DNA from: Patescibacteria group bacterium
GTDB lineage: Bacteria; Patescibacteriota; Patescibacteriia; Magasanikbacterales; GWA2-37-8
Direction: 5' to 3'
Assembly: GCA_041649475.1 (NCBI GenBank)
Contig: JBAZNA010000001.1
Coordinates: forward strand, 686,594 to 750,593
Length of the DNA stretch: 64,000 nt
Shown here: positions 39,350 through 49,032 of the stretch, piece by piece
How the letters are laid out: each line of letters begins with the position of its first letter
Position numbering within the stretch: the first letter of the stretch is position 1
Position numbers and translations under genes: made by a program
Notes under the pieces: generated by a model
Database searches by the model: none
What the model saw: the letters and a program-made list of their open reading frames with translations, nothing else
What the model was told of the DNA's origin: nothing

Positions 39350-40429
39350 TCAGATTGAGCTAGCCAATTCCTCTACAATCGCAATCACCCGCTCCGGCTT
39401 GGCTGGAGGTAAAACTTCGTGCAATTTATTTCCCAAAAATTTTGCCACTTCCGGATATTCAATCAAATCTTTGACAATATGCGCCAACTTTTGGCCGCCG
39501 TCTATTTTTTCATTAAGCACCACCACCGCTTTGTTTCTGGCCAGCATATTGGCATTTACTTCCTGATGATTATTTAAAATCGGCACCAATATAGATGTTT
39601 TTGCTAATGCTGCCAATTCGGTAATGGTAGAAAATCCGGCCCGGGCCACCACCACGCTCGCAATCGCGTAAGCATACTTCATTTCCTCGGTAAAAAATTC
39701 ATAAACATGATAATTGGAAAAAATCGTAGTGGCGTTCTGTTGCGGGGTGCTCTGCCTTTCTCTGCCCACCAGATGAATAACGTGCCAATCCCTAGGCAAA
39801 AGCGGCAAAGCATCCAAAACCATTTTATTGATGGTGTTTGAGCCCGTGCCTCCACCCAGAGCAAAAATCACCGGCGCCCCGGCCGGTATGCCAAACTTGG
39901 CCCTGGCCATCGTCAAATTTGATTCGGTTAAATTCCGCACCGGATTGCCCAGCCACTCTGTTTTCATGGCATCAAAATTGGCTAAATTATCTTTCAAGGC
40001 CACGGTAATTTTTGTGGCGGATTTGGCCATCATCTTATTGGCCAAACCGATCTCAAAATCCTGCTGGTGCACCCAGGTAGGAATGCCCAAAGCCGCGGCC
40101 GCGAAGTGCAAAGGCACGCTGACAAAGCCGCCGGCTGTAATAAGTAAAGCCGGTTTTTCCTGCCACAGCAAAATCAAGGACTCCAGAAATCCCCAAAATA
40201 CTTTAAAGACGTCAATAAAATTAAAGAAAGAAAAATAACGGCGCAATTTTCCGGAAGCAATCGGCAAAAAAGGGATACCGTATTTTTCCACCAGCTTTTG
40301 TTCAATGCCGCTTTTTGTGCCGACCCAGACAAACTCCGCACTCGGGTCATGTTTTTTATAAATTTCAAAAACCGCCAGTATCGGCACTACCGGTCCCAAA
40401 GTTCCACCACCGGAAAGGATTATTTTCAT
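39350..40429 (-). CDS. murG: MurG glycosyltransferase
   Basis: SGGGTLGP, SGKLRRY, GGFVSVP, GNPVR, GGGTGS, HQEVNA. Confidence 0.92.
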   Translation of the reverse strand: MKIILSGGGTLGPVVPILAVFEIYKKHDPSAEFVWVGTKSGIEQKLVEKYGIPFLPIASGKLRRYFSFFNFIDVFKVFWGFLESLILLWQEKPALLITAGGFVSVPLHFAAAALGIPTWVHQQDFEIGLANKMMAKSATKITVALKDNLANFDAMKTEWLGNPVRNLTESNLTMARAKFGIPAGAPVIFALGGGTGSNTINKMVLDALPLLPRDWHVIHLVGRERQSTPQQNATTIFSNYHVYEFFTEEMKYAYAIASVVVARAGFSTITELAALAKTSILVPILNNHQEVNANMLARNKAVVVLNEKIDGGQKLAHIVKDLIEYPEVAKFLGNKLHEVLPPAKPERVIAIVEELASSI

Positions 40430-40449
40430 AATTGCCGCGGGCGCGCTTA

Positions 40450-41745
40450 TTAATAATCTCGCAATTTTCCGATTACAGTCAAATTATGTTCAATCTTTTC
40501 CAAGGCCTTGGCTTCAATTTGGCGGATGCGTTCGCGGGTAACGTCAAATTCCTTACCCACTTCTTCCAAGGTGTGGGTTACGCCGTCAGTCAGTCCAAAG
40601 CGCATTTCCAAAATTTTCTGCTCGCGCGGAGACAAATCTTTGATTGCGTCTTTGACATAATCGCGCAAAATCTGCAAACCGGCGGCGCGGTCAGGCGAAA
40701 TATTTTTTACATCCTCAACAAAGTCCTGCAAAGCGCTGTCGTCGTCTTCATCATCGCCAACCGACATCTCCAAAGACACGGTGTCTTGCGATATTTTTAT
40801 AATATGATTTATCTTGCTCACCTCTTCACCCATTTCCGCGGCCAATTCTTCCGGAGTCGGATCGCGGCCCAAATCCTGCAATAATCTTCTCTGCACCTGC
40901 TGGAATCGGTTGATGGTTTCAACCATATGCACCGGAATGCGGATGGTGCGGGATTGATCGGCGAGCGCGCGGGTGATGGCCTGCCTGATCCACCAAGTGG
41001 CGTAAGTGGAAAATTTATACCCCTTGCGGTGGTCAAATTTTTTCACGGCCCTAAACAAACCAATGTTTCCTTCCTGGATCAAATCAAGCAAAGACAACGA
41101 TTTGCCCACAAATTTTTTGGCAATGGAAACCACCAACCGCAAGTTGGCCTCAATAATTTTTCTCTCTGCCTCTTTGTCGCCGCGCTCTTTGCGTTTGGCC
41201 AGCGCCACTTCTTCGTCGCCTTTAAGCAATGGGATTTTTCCAATCTCGCGCAGATACATCTGGATGGAGTCGGATGAGATGGAACCGAGATCAAAGGGCA
41301 CGTCCATATCCGGCTGGGCTCCCTGAAACTGTTTTAAAGTCAACTTGCTTTCTTCTTTTTTGCCCAAAAATCCGCTGGTGCTTTCAACCACGGTCACGCC
41401 GTTTTTATCAAGCACTTCCAAAAATCCCTCGTATAAATCAAGATAGGCCTCGGGTCTGGGAAAGACGCTCTCCAGTTCAATTTGCGTGATAAATCCCCTG
41501 TTTCTGCCTTTGATAACTATGTCCCAGATTTTATTGGGCGTCGGTTCAAAAATTATTTCAGGTACGAATTCCGGTTTGCGGGGACGCAAAATTTTTCCTT
41601 TTTTACGGGGTTTTATTTTTTTATTTTTTTTGATGATTTTTTTAGCTTTTTTTAACTTCGGTTTGTTCTCCTTTTTATGCCTACGCGTATGGCTACCGCG
41701 CAGTTGCTTGGAAGAACGCTTAATTGTCCTTCTCTTGGAAGGCAT
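40450..41745 (-). CDS. rpoD: Primary sigma factor RpoD/SigA
   Basis: [41 protein letters not shown]. Confidence 0.96.
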   Translation of the reverse strand: MPSKRRTIKRSSKQLRGSHTRRHKKENKPKLKKAKKIIKKNKKIKPRKKGKILRPRKPEFVPEIIFEPTPNKIWDIVIKGRNRGFITQIELESVFPRPEAYLDLYEGFLEVLDKNGVTVVESTSGFLGKKEESKLTLKQFQGAQPDMDVPFDLGSISSDSIQMYLREIGKIPLLKGDEEVALAKRKERGDKEAERKIIEANLRLVVSIAKKFVGKSLSLLDLIQEGNIGLFRAVKKFDHRKGYKFSTYATWWIRQAITRALADQSRTIRIPVHMVETINRFQQVQRRLLQDLGRDPTPEELAAEMGEEVSKINHIIKISQDTVSLEMSVGDDEDDDSALQDFVEDVKNISPDRAAGLQILRDYVKDAIKDLSPREQKILEMRFGLTDGVTHTLEEVGKEFDVTRERIRQIEAKALEKIEHNLTVIGKLRDY

Positions 41746-41770
41746 AATTGTAGCGTTATTGTAAAGTTAA

Positions 41771-43561
41771 TTATTGTAAGGTTAAAATTTCTTTTAAGAT
41801 TTCCGACATCTTTTTTTCATCTTTGGCTGTTTGAGCGATTTTTAAATGATCGTTTAATTCTTTTCTTCTTTTTTTAATCCATTCTGACTTTATTTTTTCA
41901 AGCAGATCATCAACTTCATGGGTTGAATCTTCTTTGGAAAATCCTTCAAAATCTTTATCGGCTTTTAATAACAAAATACTAACAAGGTCTCCACCCTCTT
42001 CTAAAATCTCCCTAATTTCTGTTTTGGTTACTATATTTGGATTATACGCCTCTTTTATTAATTCGTAAAGAGGCATATACGGGGTGCCTGTAAAAAATTC
42101 CGGTCTTAAATATGAATAATGGGAAATAATAAGTTTGGGAAATTTCATAAGCAGAGACCACAAACTCTCCAATCTTAATAAATAGCCCTGGTCCTGACCG
42201 TTAAAAATAGGCACGTTCTTGGGTTGATCTTCGCCTCCGGCTTGGCGCGACGGTTGCGGTTGTTTAGCGGACTTTTTTAATTCTTCCCTTAAAACATTGG
42301 CGTCTATATCTAATTTTTCAGACAGCTGACGAAGCCAGTGATCTCTTTCAGCGCCAAACTGCAAACGGGCAATCTCCGGCAGGAGGCCTTCAATTATTTT
42401 TTGTTTTTGTTTCGGACCGCTTTCCAACTTGGCTGAAAAAGCCGAATTAAAATACCATTCCATCACATCGGTCGCGCTCTCCACCGCTTTAAACCAAACC
42501 GCCGGATTTTTTTTCAAACATTCATCCGCGTCTTTGCCGGCGCCTTCCGGGATCTTTATAATCTTTATGTTCATCCCCTGCTCCAGGGCTATATCAATGC
42601 CGCGCTTGGCCGCGTTTTGCCCGGCCGCGTCCGCATCAAAAGCCATGGCGATATTATTGGAATATCTTTTCAGTAATTTTACCTGTTCAAAGGTGAGCGC
42701 GGTGCCCGAGGCGGCCACCACATTTTTCATGCCGGCCTGGTGGCAAGCCACCACATCCATCTGTCCTTCCACCAACACGGTTAGGTCTTTGGTTTTTATC
42801 TCCATTTTAGCTTTATTTAATCCATAAAGCAGGCGGGATTTATCAAACACCGGACTCTGGGGAGTGTTCACATATTTTCCGCCCGATTTTTCCGTTTCCA
42901 CCAAAACCCGGCCGGTGAAGCCGGCATTGTTGCCGTGCGCATCCCAAATCGGGAACATTATCCGCCCGCGAAAACGATCATAAAAACCCTTGCCCGCCTG
43001 AAAATTGGCACCGTCTTTTTTTATGGTCAGCCCGGAGGCAATCAAATCATCAATGGCAAAGCCCTTTTTTAATAAATACTGGGTGAGCAAATCCCACTGT
43101 TCCGGTATGAATCCGATTTGCCATTCTTCAATCGTTTCTTTTTTTAGCTGGCGCCTGTCCAGGTACTCGCGCGCGCTGTGCGCCGTCGGCATCTCCAGTA
43201 AAAAATGATGAAAAAAATACGCGGCCTTGGCATTTATCTCCAGCAACCGATTTTTCTGGCTTTTGTTTATTTCCGAAACATAGGTATCCATTTTTACTCC
43301 GGCGCGTTCGGCCAAAATTTTCAGGGCCTCGGGGAAATCTATACCTTCCATTTCCTGTAAAAATGTAAAAATATCTCCGCCCTTGCCGCAGCCAAAACAG
43401 TGCCAAATCTGCTTTTCCGGATGCACCATAAAAGACGGCGTTTTTTCATGATGAAACGGGCAGGGCGCCTTCCAGTTGGCGCCGGCTTTTTTCAGCTGAA
43501 GATATTCGCCTAAAATCTGCACAATATCAAGGCGGTCTTTTATGGCTTGGATGTCGGTCAT
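41771..43561 (-). CDS. dnaG: DNA primase
   Basis: CPFHHEKTPSF...HCFGC zinc finger, FRGRIMFPI, KYVNTP, VEGQMDV, FDADAAG. Confidence 0.96.
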   Translation of the reverse strand: MTDIQAIKDRLDIVQILGEYLQLKKAGANWKAPCPFHHEKTPSFMVHPEKQIWHCFGCGKGGDIFTFLQEMEGIDFPEALKILAERAGVKMDTYVSEINKSQKNRLLEINAKAAYFFHHFLLEMPTAHSAREYLDRRQLKKETIEEWQIGFIPEQWDLLTQYLLKKGFAIDDLIASGLTIKKDGANFQAGKGFYDRFRGRIMFPIWDAHGNNAGFTGRVLVETEKSGGKYVNTPQSPVFDKSRLLYGLNKAKMEIKTKDLTVLVEGQMDVVACHQAGMKNVVAASGTALTFEQVKLLKRYSNNIAMAFDADAAGQNAAKRGIDIALEQGMNIKIIKIPEGAGKDADECLKKNPAVWFKAVESATDVMEWYFNSAFSAKLESGPKQKQKIIEGLLPEIARLQFGAERDHWLRQLSEKLDIDANVLREELKKSAKQPQPSRQAGGEDQPKNVPIFNGQDQGYLLRLESLWSLLMKFPKLIISHYSYLRPEFFTGTPYMPLYELIKEAYNPNIVTKTEIREILEEGGDLVSILLLKADKDFEGFSKEDSTHEVDDLLEKIKSEWIKKRRKELNDHLKIAQTAKDEKKMSEILKEILTLQ

Positions 43562-43567
43562 ATATTT

Positions 43568-45748
43568 TTATTTGGAACTAGGGTGTACTATTCTATAATT
43601 TTCGTAGTCAATCTCACAATCAAGACAACGCAAAGAGAGCTTTTTACTCTCAATCAAATGTTTTAAAGGACTTAAGTCCATCCCTTCCGGAACTTTCCAC
43701 AAAATTAACCTGGTGGATTCAGCTTTAAGTTGTACACCACGAAACGATTCTAGGCTGGTTATGCCTTTAAAATTAATGGCTAAACGCTTGAGAGGTAAAT
43801 CTTTTACAATTTTGATAATATTGGTATTGGCAAAATCAAGGGATAATGACAATTCGCCTATATCCATTTTTTTAAGTGAGTCCAGGTTGCTTATTTCTTT
43901 GGCGAATATATTAAGTCTCTCTATTTTTTTACCAGCCAAAAAATCTAAATCCTCAAGTCGGTCATTTTCCAGCGTTATGCTTACATAGTGTAAATCATTT
44001 GGCGCTTCTTTTAACCGACTAAGATTCCTTATTTTGCCCCTTAGCGTTACATCCTGAAAATTTTTGATTCCTGTTCCTAAATCAGCTAAATCAAAGCTGG
44101 CGTTGCGATTATAAACATCCAATCTTTTCAAAGGTACATCTTTTAACGGTTGCAGATCTATTTTTGATGGCTGATTGTATCCAATTTTTTCAAGATCATC
44201 ATTCAATCGTTCTAAAACAATCAACAACTCCCGAATAATCTTTACACACTGCAGGTGATCATCTTCTTTTTCCCAAAAGTAAGTAAGTTCCATTGCTTGA
44301 TCCAATGCTGCTGCTTTCCTATAATTTTTTACTAAATTACTTTCCATCATGGAGGATAACAAATTACTTACAATTTTAATTTGTAATCCTTTATCTTTTA
44401 ACGACGCTCCCTCCGAATTAATTGCATCCCCCCAATTTTTATTTAAAACATTCCTAACTTCATTAAAGAGATCACTCCATTCTTTAAATTCTCTGGTCTT
44501 AAAATCAAATTCATAAATCCTAAATTCACCGGTTAATTTTGCGTCCAAAACATCCTCGGGACTTGGCTTATATACAGACCCCTCTTGCTTTTCTTTTCTC
44601 TCTTTGCTCTTATCCTTATTTAGTTCTTTCTGGTGCTTCTCCCAATCTTCGGCACTAATTACATGTACCTCAAGATCACGATCGGTTGGTAGTTCTTGTG
44701 GTTTTACATTCTCTTGTGCCCCCCCAAAAGTTGTCTTTACTGCAGTTATGTATGCAGGACTGGGCCGGTTTGAATAAACCTTAGTGGGCATCATTCCGGG
44801 TGGCAATAAATTAAAGATCGTATTTGTTTTAACTTGAATTTGGGGTTTGGATGGTTTGTTTTTCCTTTCTTTTGAAACAATCATTCTTCCTTCAACCTTA
44901 TCCCCCAAATAATTTTTTACAAACGCGTCAACGCCAACTACCACAGACCCATCCAAATCAGAATCTTTAATCTTTTTTGGTGTATCTTCCAAGCTATACC
45001 ACTGGCCGTCTATTTTTGCTAATAAAACAATGTGCAATTCATTAGTTTGCGGATCGCCTTTTAGAATTTGCATCTTAAATTCGGTACCGGGATAAACCCC
45101 CTGAACCAGTGATAGAGTATACTTTAATCTGGCCTCACAATTGCCACACCTATTATTATTTTTACAATTCTTCTTATTTAATAAATCGCTAAGAAAACTA
45201 GAGTCAGCTTTATAATCTCCCTTTTCTTGGAGAATGTCATGGATTACCCGTAATTTATGATCCGGAGATTTTGTTTTTGAATCCATTACTTTGTACTTTT
45301 CTCGAAGCTGTTTTATATAATTGCCGGCCGTCATGACTTCCTCTTTACCCAGACCACCTTTCGCATATTCCGCGTCCAAAAAAAATACGCCATAATCAAT
45401 CTTCTCTTTATCTTTATACTTTTCTTTTAAAGGTTCAACTAAACCAGCATCTGGAGCTCCTAATAAAACACCGGCATCCGGTAAAAAATTAACCCGTTTC
45501 ATCGTGCGCTTAACTACAGTATATTTATCAGCTAAAAAATCACCTATTTCCCCGCGTTTCGTATACCCAACAATTCCCCCATGAAGGAGGGTTGATAATC
45601 CAAGCGCCACAGTCAGGGCTTTTTGCCTTTTGAATTTTTCTGCCAATCTGGCCATCAATCCTTTTGTTGGCTTATCCGGTGATTCTATTTGCGGTTTCTT
45701 AGATCTGAATTCATTTTCAGGTGTAAATTGCGGAGTTTCCGGAGTCAT
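43568..45748 (-). CDS. Membrane-anchored protein with transglutaminase-like Cys-His-Asp motifs and C-terminal leucine-rich repeats
   Basis: TM near the N-terminus, GNCEAR...HIVLLAKIDGQWYSLED, repeated L..L..L.L.I units at the C-terminus. Confidence 0.55.
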   Translation of the reverse strand: MTPETPQFTPENEFRSKKPQIESPDKPTKGLMARLAEKFKRQKALTVALGLSTLLHGGIVGYTKRGEIGDFLADKYTVVKRTMKRVNFLPDAGVLLGAPDAGLVEPLKEKYKDKEKIDYGVFFLDAEYAKGGLGKEEVMTAGNYIKQLREKYKVMDSKTKSPDHKLRVIHDILQEKGDYKADSSFLSDLLNKKNCKNNNRCGNCEARLKYTLSLVQGVYPGTEFKMQILKGDPQTNELHIVLLAKIDGQWYSLEDTPKKIKDSDLDGSVVVGVDAFVKNYLGDKVEGRMIVSKERKNKPSKPQIQVKTNTIFNLLPPGMMPTKVYSNRPSPAYITAVKTTFGGAQENVKPQELPTDRDLEVHVISAEDWEKHQKELNKDKSKERKEKQEGSVYKPSPEDVLDAKLTGEFRIYEFDFKTREFKEWSDLFNEVRNVLNKNWGDAINSEGASLKDKGLQIKIVSNLLSSMMESNLVKNYRKAAALDQAMELTYFWEKEDDHLQCVKIIRELLIVLERLNDDLEKIGYNQPSKIDLQPLKDVPLKRLDVYNRNASFDLADLGTGIKNFQDVTLRGKIRNLSRLKEAPNDLHYVSITLENDRLEDLDFLAGKKIERLNIFAKEISNLDSLKKMDIGELSLSLDFANTNIIKIVKDLPLKRLAINFKGITSLESFRGVQLKAESTRLILWKVPEGMDLSPLKHLIESKKLSLRCLDCEIDYENYRIVHPSSK

Positions 45749-45806
45749 AATTTTTAGTTAATATGACTTAAGAATAGCCCAAAAAAATTCTTTGCGCAAT
45801 AGCGGG

Positions 45807-47054
45807 CTATTCCCTCCGCAAGGCCTCAATTGGGTTTAATCCCGCCGCCTTTTTGGCCGGATAAACCCCAAAGAACAAACCGATCAGAGCGGAAAAACCA
45901 ACCGCCAAAAAAATAGAGAGAATAGAAATGGAAAAAGTCCACTGCAACCCGTAGGAAATTGCCAGAAAATATACTAAAAGAGAAATTAAAGCGCCCACGA
46001 CCACGCCCACTATTCCGCCGGCCGTGGTAATAATTACCGCTTCAATCAAAAATTGATTTAAAATATCTTTGCTTTTGGCGCCAATCGCTTTCATCAAACC
46101 AATTTCAAAAGTCCTTTCGGCCACGGTCACATACATAATATTGGTAATTCCCACCCCGCCAACCAAAAGCGAAATACAAACCAAGGCAATCAGCAAAAGC
46201 GTAATCGCGCCAAGCACCGTTTCAATCATATCTTTGGCCTGCGCCATTGTCTGTACAGCAAAATCATCCTTAGTCGGATCGGTGATATTATGATTTTCCC
46301 TGATCATCGCCGTTAAGTCCTCAACCGTCTGCTGTGATTTGTTAGTGTCTTTTATCTTGGCAATAATCTCCATGTAATAATCAATGCCTAAAATTCTTTT
46401 TTGCACGGTCTTGACCGGTATGTATATTAAGGTATCCAGATCAAGAAATGACATTGTGCCGCGTTTTCCGGCGATACCAACCACCTTAAACGGCTTTCCT
46501 CCAATATATACGGTTTCACCCACGGCATTATTATCTCCAAATAAATCATCCTTTAATGCCGACCCCAAAACAACCACCTGTGATAGCGAGTTATCTTCAT
46601 TTTGATCATAAAATCGACCTTCGGCAATTGGTAAGGTTTCCACTGCCGGCGCGTTATACCCTTCGCCAAATACCATGGCTTTCTTAATCTGTCCTTGATA
46701 GCTCACCAGCGCCTGCGCCGTTAAAAATCCGTAAGCATTTTCAATATTTGGATAATTTTCCACGGTTTTAAAATCTTTTTCTTTCAAAGTGGTAATGGTT
46801 ACGCCTTCGGCCATAGCGATGGCGCCTTGAGTACTTTTTGTGCTGGGCACCTGTACTTCAATAGAGATTGTATCGGCCCCAAACATATCCAACTGGCCCA
46901 CAACCAAAGAATTAAGTCCTGCTCCGGCTGAAGAAATCACAATCACGGCCGCAATACCAATGCTAATGCCGACAATAGTTAAAATAGAGCGCACTTTTTG
47001 TCGTTTTAAAGCCGTGATGGCCAACCGCAGATAAGTTTTAAAAATTCTACTCAT
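45807..47054 (-). CDS. MacB-family ABC permease
   Basis: RSILTIVGISIG, GGVGITNIM, ERTFEIG, NPIEALRRE. Confidence 0.92.
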   Translation of the reverse strand: MSRIFKTYLRLAITALKRQKVRSILTIVGISIGIAAVIVISSAGAGLNSLVVGQLDMFGADTISIEVQVPSTKSTQGAIAMAEGVTITTLKEKDFKTVENYPNIENAYGFLTAQALVSYQGQIKKAMVFGEGYNAPAVETLPIAEGRFYDQNEDNSLSQVVVLGSALKDDLFGDNNAVGETVYIGGKPFKVVGIAGKRGTMSFLDLDTLIYIPVKTVQKRILGIDYYMEIIAKIKDTNKSQQTVEDLTAMIRENHNITDPTKDDFAVQTMAQAKDMIETVLGAITLLLIALVCISLLVGGVGITNIMYVTVAERTFEIGLMKAIGAKSKDILNQFLIEAVIITTAGGIVGVVVGALISLLVYFLAISYGLQWTFSISILSIFLAVGFSALIGLFFGVYPAKKAAGLNPIEALRRE

Positions 47055-48285
47055 ATCGCAGTGCCTCTATCGGATTAAGCGCGCTGGCCCGGCGCGCCGG
47101 TATAATTCCAAAAATCAAGCCAATGCCGGCCGAAACTCCGCAAGCCAGAATAATTGATGAATAAGTAACCACCAAATCCCATTTGTAACCCATGCTTTGA
47201 GCCACTTTAGCAATGCCAAAAGAAACTAAAATGCCGAGTAAAATACCGATCACGCCGCCGATAAAAGTGACCATCATTGTTTCAACTAAAAACTGCAGAG
47301 ATATTTGCGAACTTCTGGCTCCCACCGCCTTGCGCAAACCGATCTCTCTGGTGCGCTCCTGCACCGCGGCCAGCATGATATTCATGATCCCCACTCCGCC
47401 GACTACCAGTGACAAGGCGGCGATAGCCGCTAAGAAAAATTTTAAAGCATTGGTTACTGTGTTTATGGCGTCCAGTCCTTGGGCGGAAGACCTGACCGTG
47501 AAATCATCGTTGGCCGGATTAGAAATATTATGCTCTACCCGCAAAGTGTCTTCAATAAACAAAACCGCGCCGTCAACATTGCTGGCGTCATCAACTTGAG
47601 CGCGCAGATAACTGATATAATTTATTCCCAATAATAACTTCTGCGCGGCGGTGATGGGCACAAAAATTTGATCATCCTGATCTTGAAAACCGCTGGTGCC
47701 GCGCGCCTTTAACACCCCGATAACCTGGAAGCTCACTCTTTTAATTTTAATTTGCTGGCCAATCGGATTCTCATCGCCGAATAAATTTTTGGCGGTCTGG
47801 CTGGCCAACACCGCAACTTTAGCCGTTGATCTTTCTTCTTCTTCAGAAAAAAAACGACCGCTCGCCACTTCCGCGGTTTCCACCTGCGGATAACTGGCCA
47901 TCACCCCCACAAAGGTAGTGTCGGTCTTATTGTCTTGCCAAGTTACGGTATCTGTTCCTTTAACGTATCCGGTGGCCGCCAAAATATGAGGATCGCCGCC
48001 GGCAACCAGCGCTTTTACATCTTCATATTTTAAAGTTGTAATCACAATCCCCATTACTGAAACCGGCGGGCCGTTGGCTTCGGCTTTGCCCGGCAAAACG
48101 CCGACTAAATTTGATCCCAAACTGCTCACCTGATTGACAATCAAACTCTGCGCGCCGGCGCCAACCGACATAATCACAATCACGGCCATGATGCCGATGA
48201 TAATGCCAAGCATCGTCAAAACAGAACGAACCTTGTTCGCGGCGATGATGTGCCATGAATTGTGAATGTTTTCGGAGAGTTTCAT
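47047..48285 (-). CDS. MacB-family ABC permease
   Basis: RSVLTMLGIIIG, GGVGIMNIM, ERTREIGLRKAVGA, NPIEALRYE. Confidence 0.92.
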   Translation of the reverse strand: MKLSENIHNSWHIIAANKVRSVLTMLGIIIGIMAVIVIMSVGAGAQSLIVNQVSSLGSNLVGVLPGKAEANGPPVSVMGIVITTLKYEDVKALVAGGDPHILAATGYVKGTDTVTWQDNKTDTTFVGVMASYPQVETAEVASGRFFSEEEERSTAKVAVLASQTAKNLFGDENPIGQQIKIKRVSFQVIGVLKARGTSGFQDQDDQIFVPITAAQKLLLGINYISYLRAQVDDASNVDGAVLFIEDTLRVEHNISNPANDDFTVRSSAQGLDAINTVTNALKFFLAAIAALSLVVGGVGIMNIMLAAVQERTREIGLRKAVGARSSQISLQFLVETMMVTFIGGVIGILLGILVSFGIAKVAQSMGYKWDLVVTYSSIILACGVSAGIGLIFGIIPARRASALNPIEALRYE

Positions 48286-48296
48286 ATCTTTATTGG

Positions 48297-49031
48297 CTAC
48301 TTCCTCAACTCGTCAACTCCATCGGCGATGACTCTTTCTTTAACATGTTCATCCGCAATAATTGCCCCGTCTTTTATTCTTAAAATCCTCTTGGCGTGAT
48401 CGGCGGTATATTTTTCATGGGTGACCAAAATTATGGTATGCCCCTCGTCGTTTAATTTTTGCAAGATACGCATAACCTGCAAACCAGATTTTGAATCCAA
48501 ATTTCCGGTCGGTTCATCGGCAAAAATTATACTGGGGTTATTTATCAAGGCCCGCGCTATCGCCACCCTCTGTTTTTCTCCGCCCGAAAGCTGATCAGAA
48601 AAAAATCCAAGCCGGTGACTAAGACCCACTGCCTCCAAAGCTTCTTTGGCCTTTTTTTCCCGTTCGCCGGCAGGAACTTTTGAATATAACAGGGGCAACA
48701 TCACATTATCAAGCACAGAAGTTCTGGGTAGCAGATTAAATGCCTGAAAAACAAACCCGACTTCATTGCCGCGCATGTGGGCCAAGTCATCATCAGTCAT
48801 AGTACTGACGTCTTTTCCGTTAAAAAAATACTTTCCGGAAGTCAGGGTGTCTAAAAAACCCAAAATGTGCATCAAAGTGGATTTCCCTGAGCCGCTCGGA
48901 CCCATTATGGCTACAAACTCGCCTTTTTTGATTTCAAAATTCAGATCGCCCAAGACACTGGTAACCACCTCATCATTTTTGTATTCTTTACCCAGGTTGT
49001 TAATTTTTATCAGCGCCGCGACATCAGCCAT
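48297..49031 (-). CDS. MacB/LolD-type ABC ATP-binding protein
   Basis: [33 protein letters not shown]. Confidence 0.93.
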   Translation of the reverse strand: MADVAALIKINNLGKEYKNDEVVTSVLGDLNFEIKKGEFVAIMGPSGSGKSTLMHILGFLDTLTSGKYFFNGKDVSTMTDDDLAHMRGNEVGFVFQAFNLLPRTSVLDNVMLPLLYSKVPAGEREKKAKEALEAVGLSHRLGFFSDQLSGGEKQRVAIARALINNPSIIFADEPTGNLDSKSGLQVMRILQKLNDEGHTIILVTHEKYTADHAKRILRIKDGAIIADEHVKERVIADGVDELRK

Positions 49032-49032
49032 A

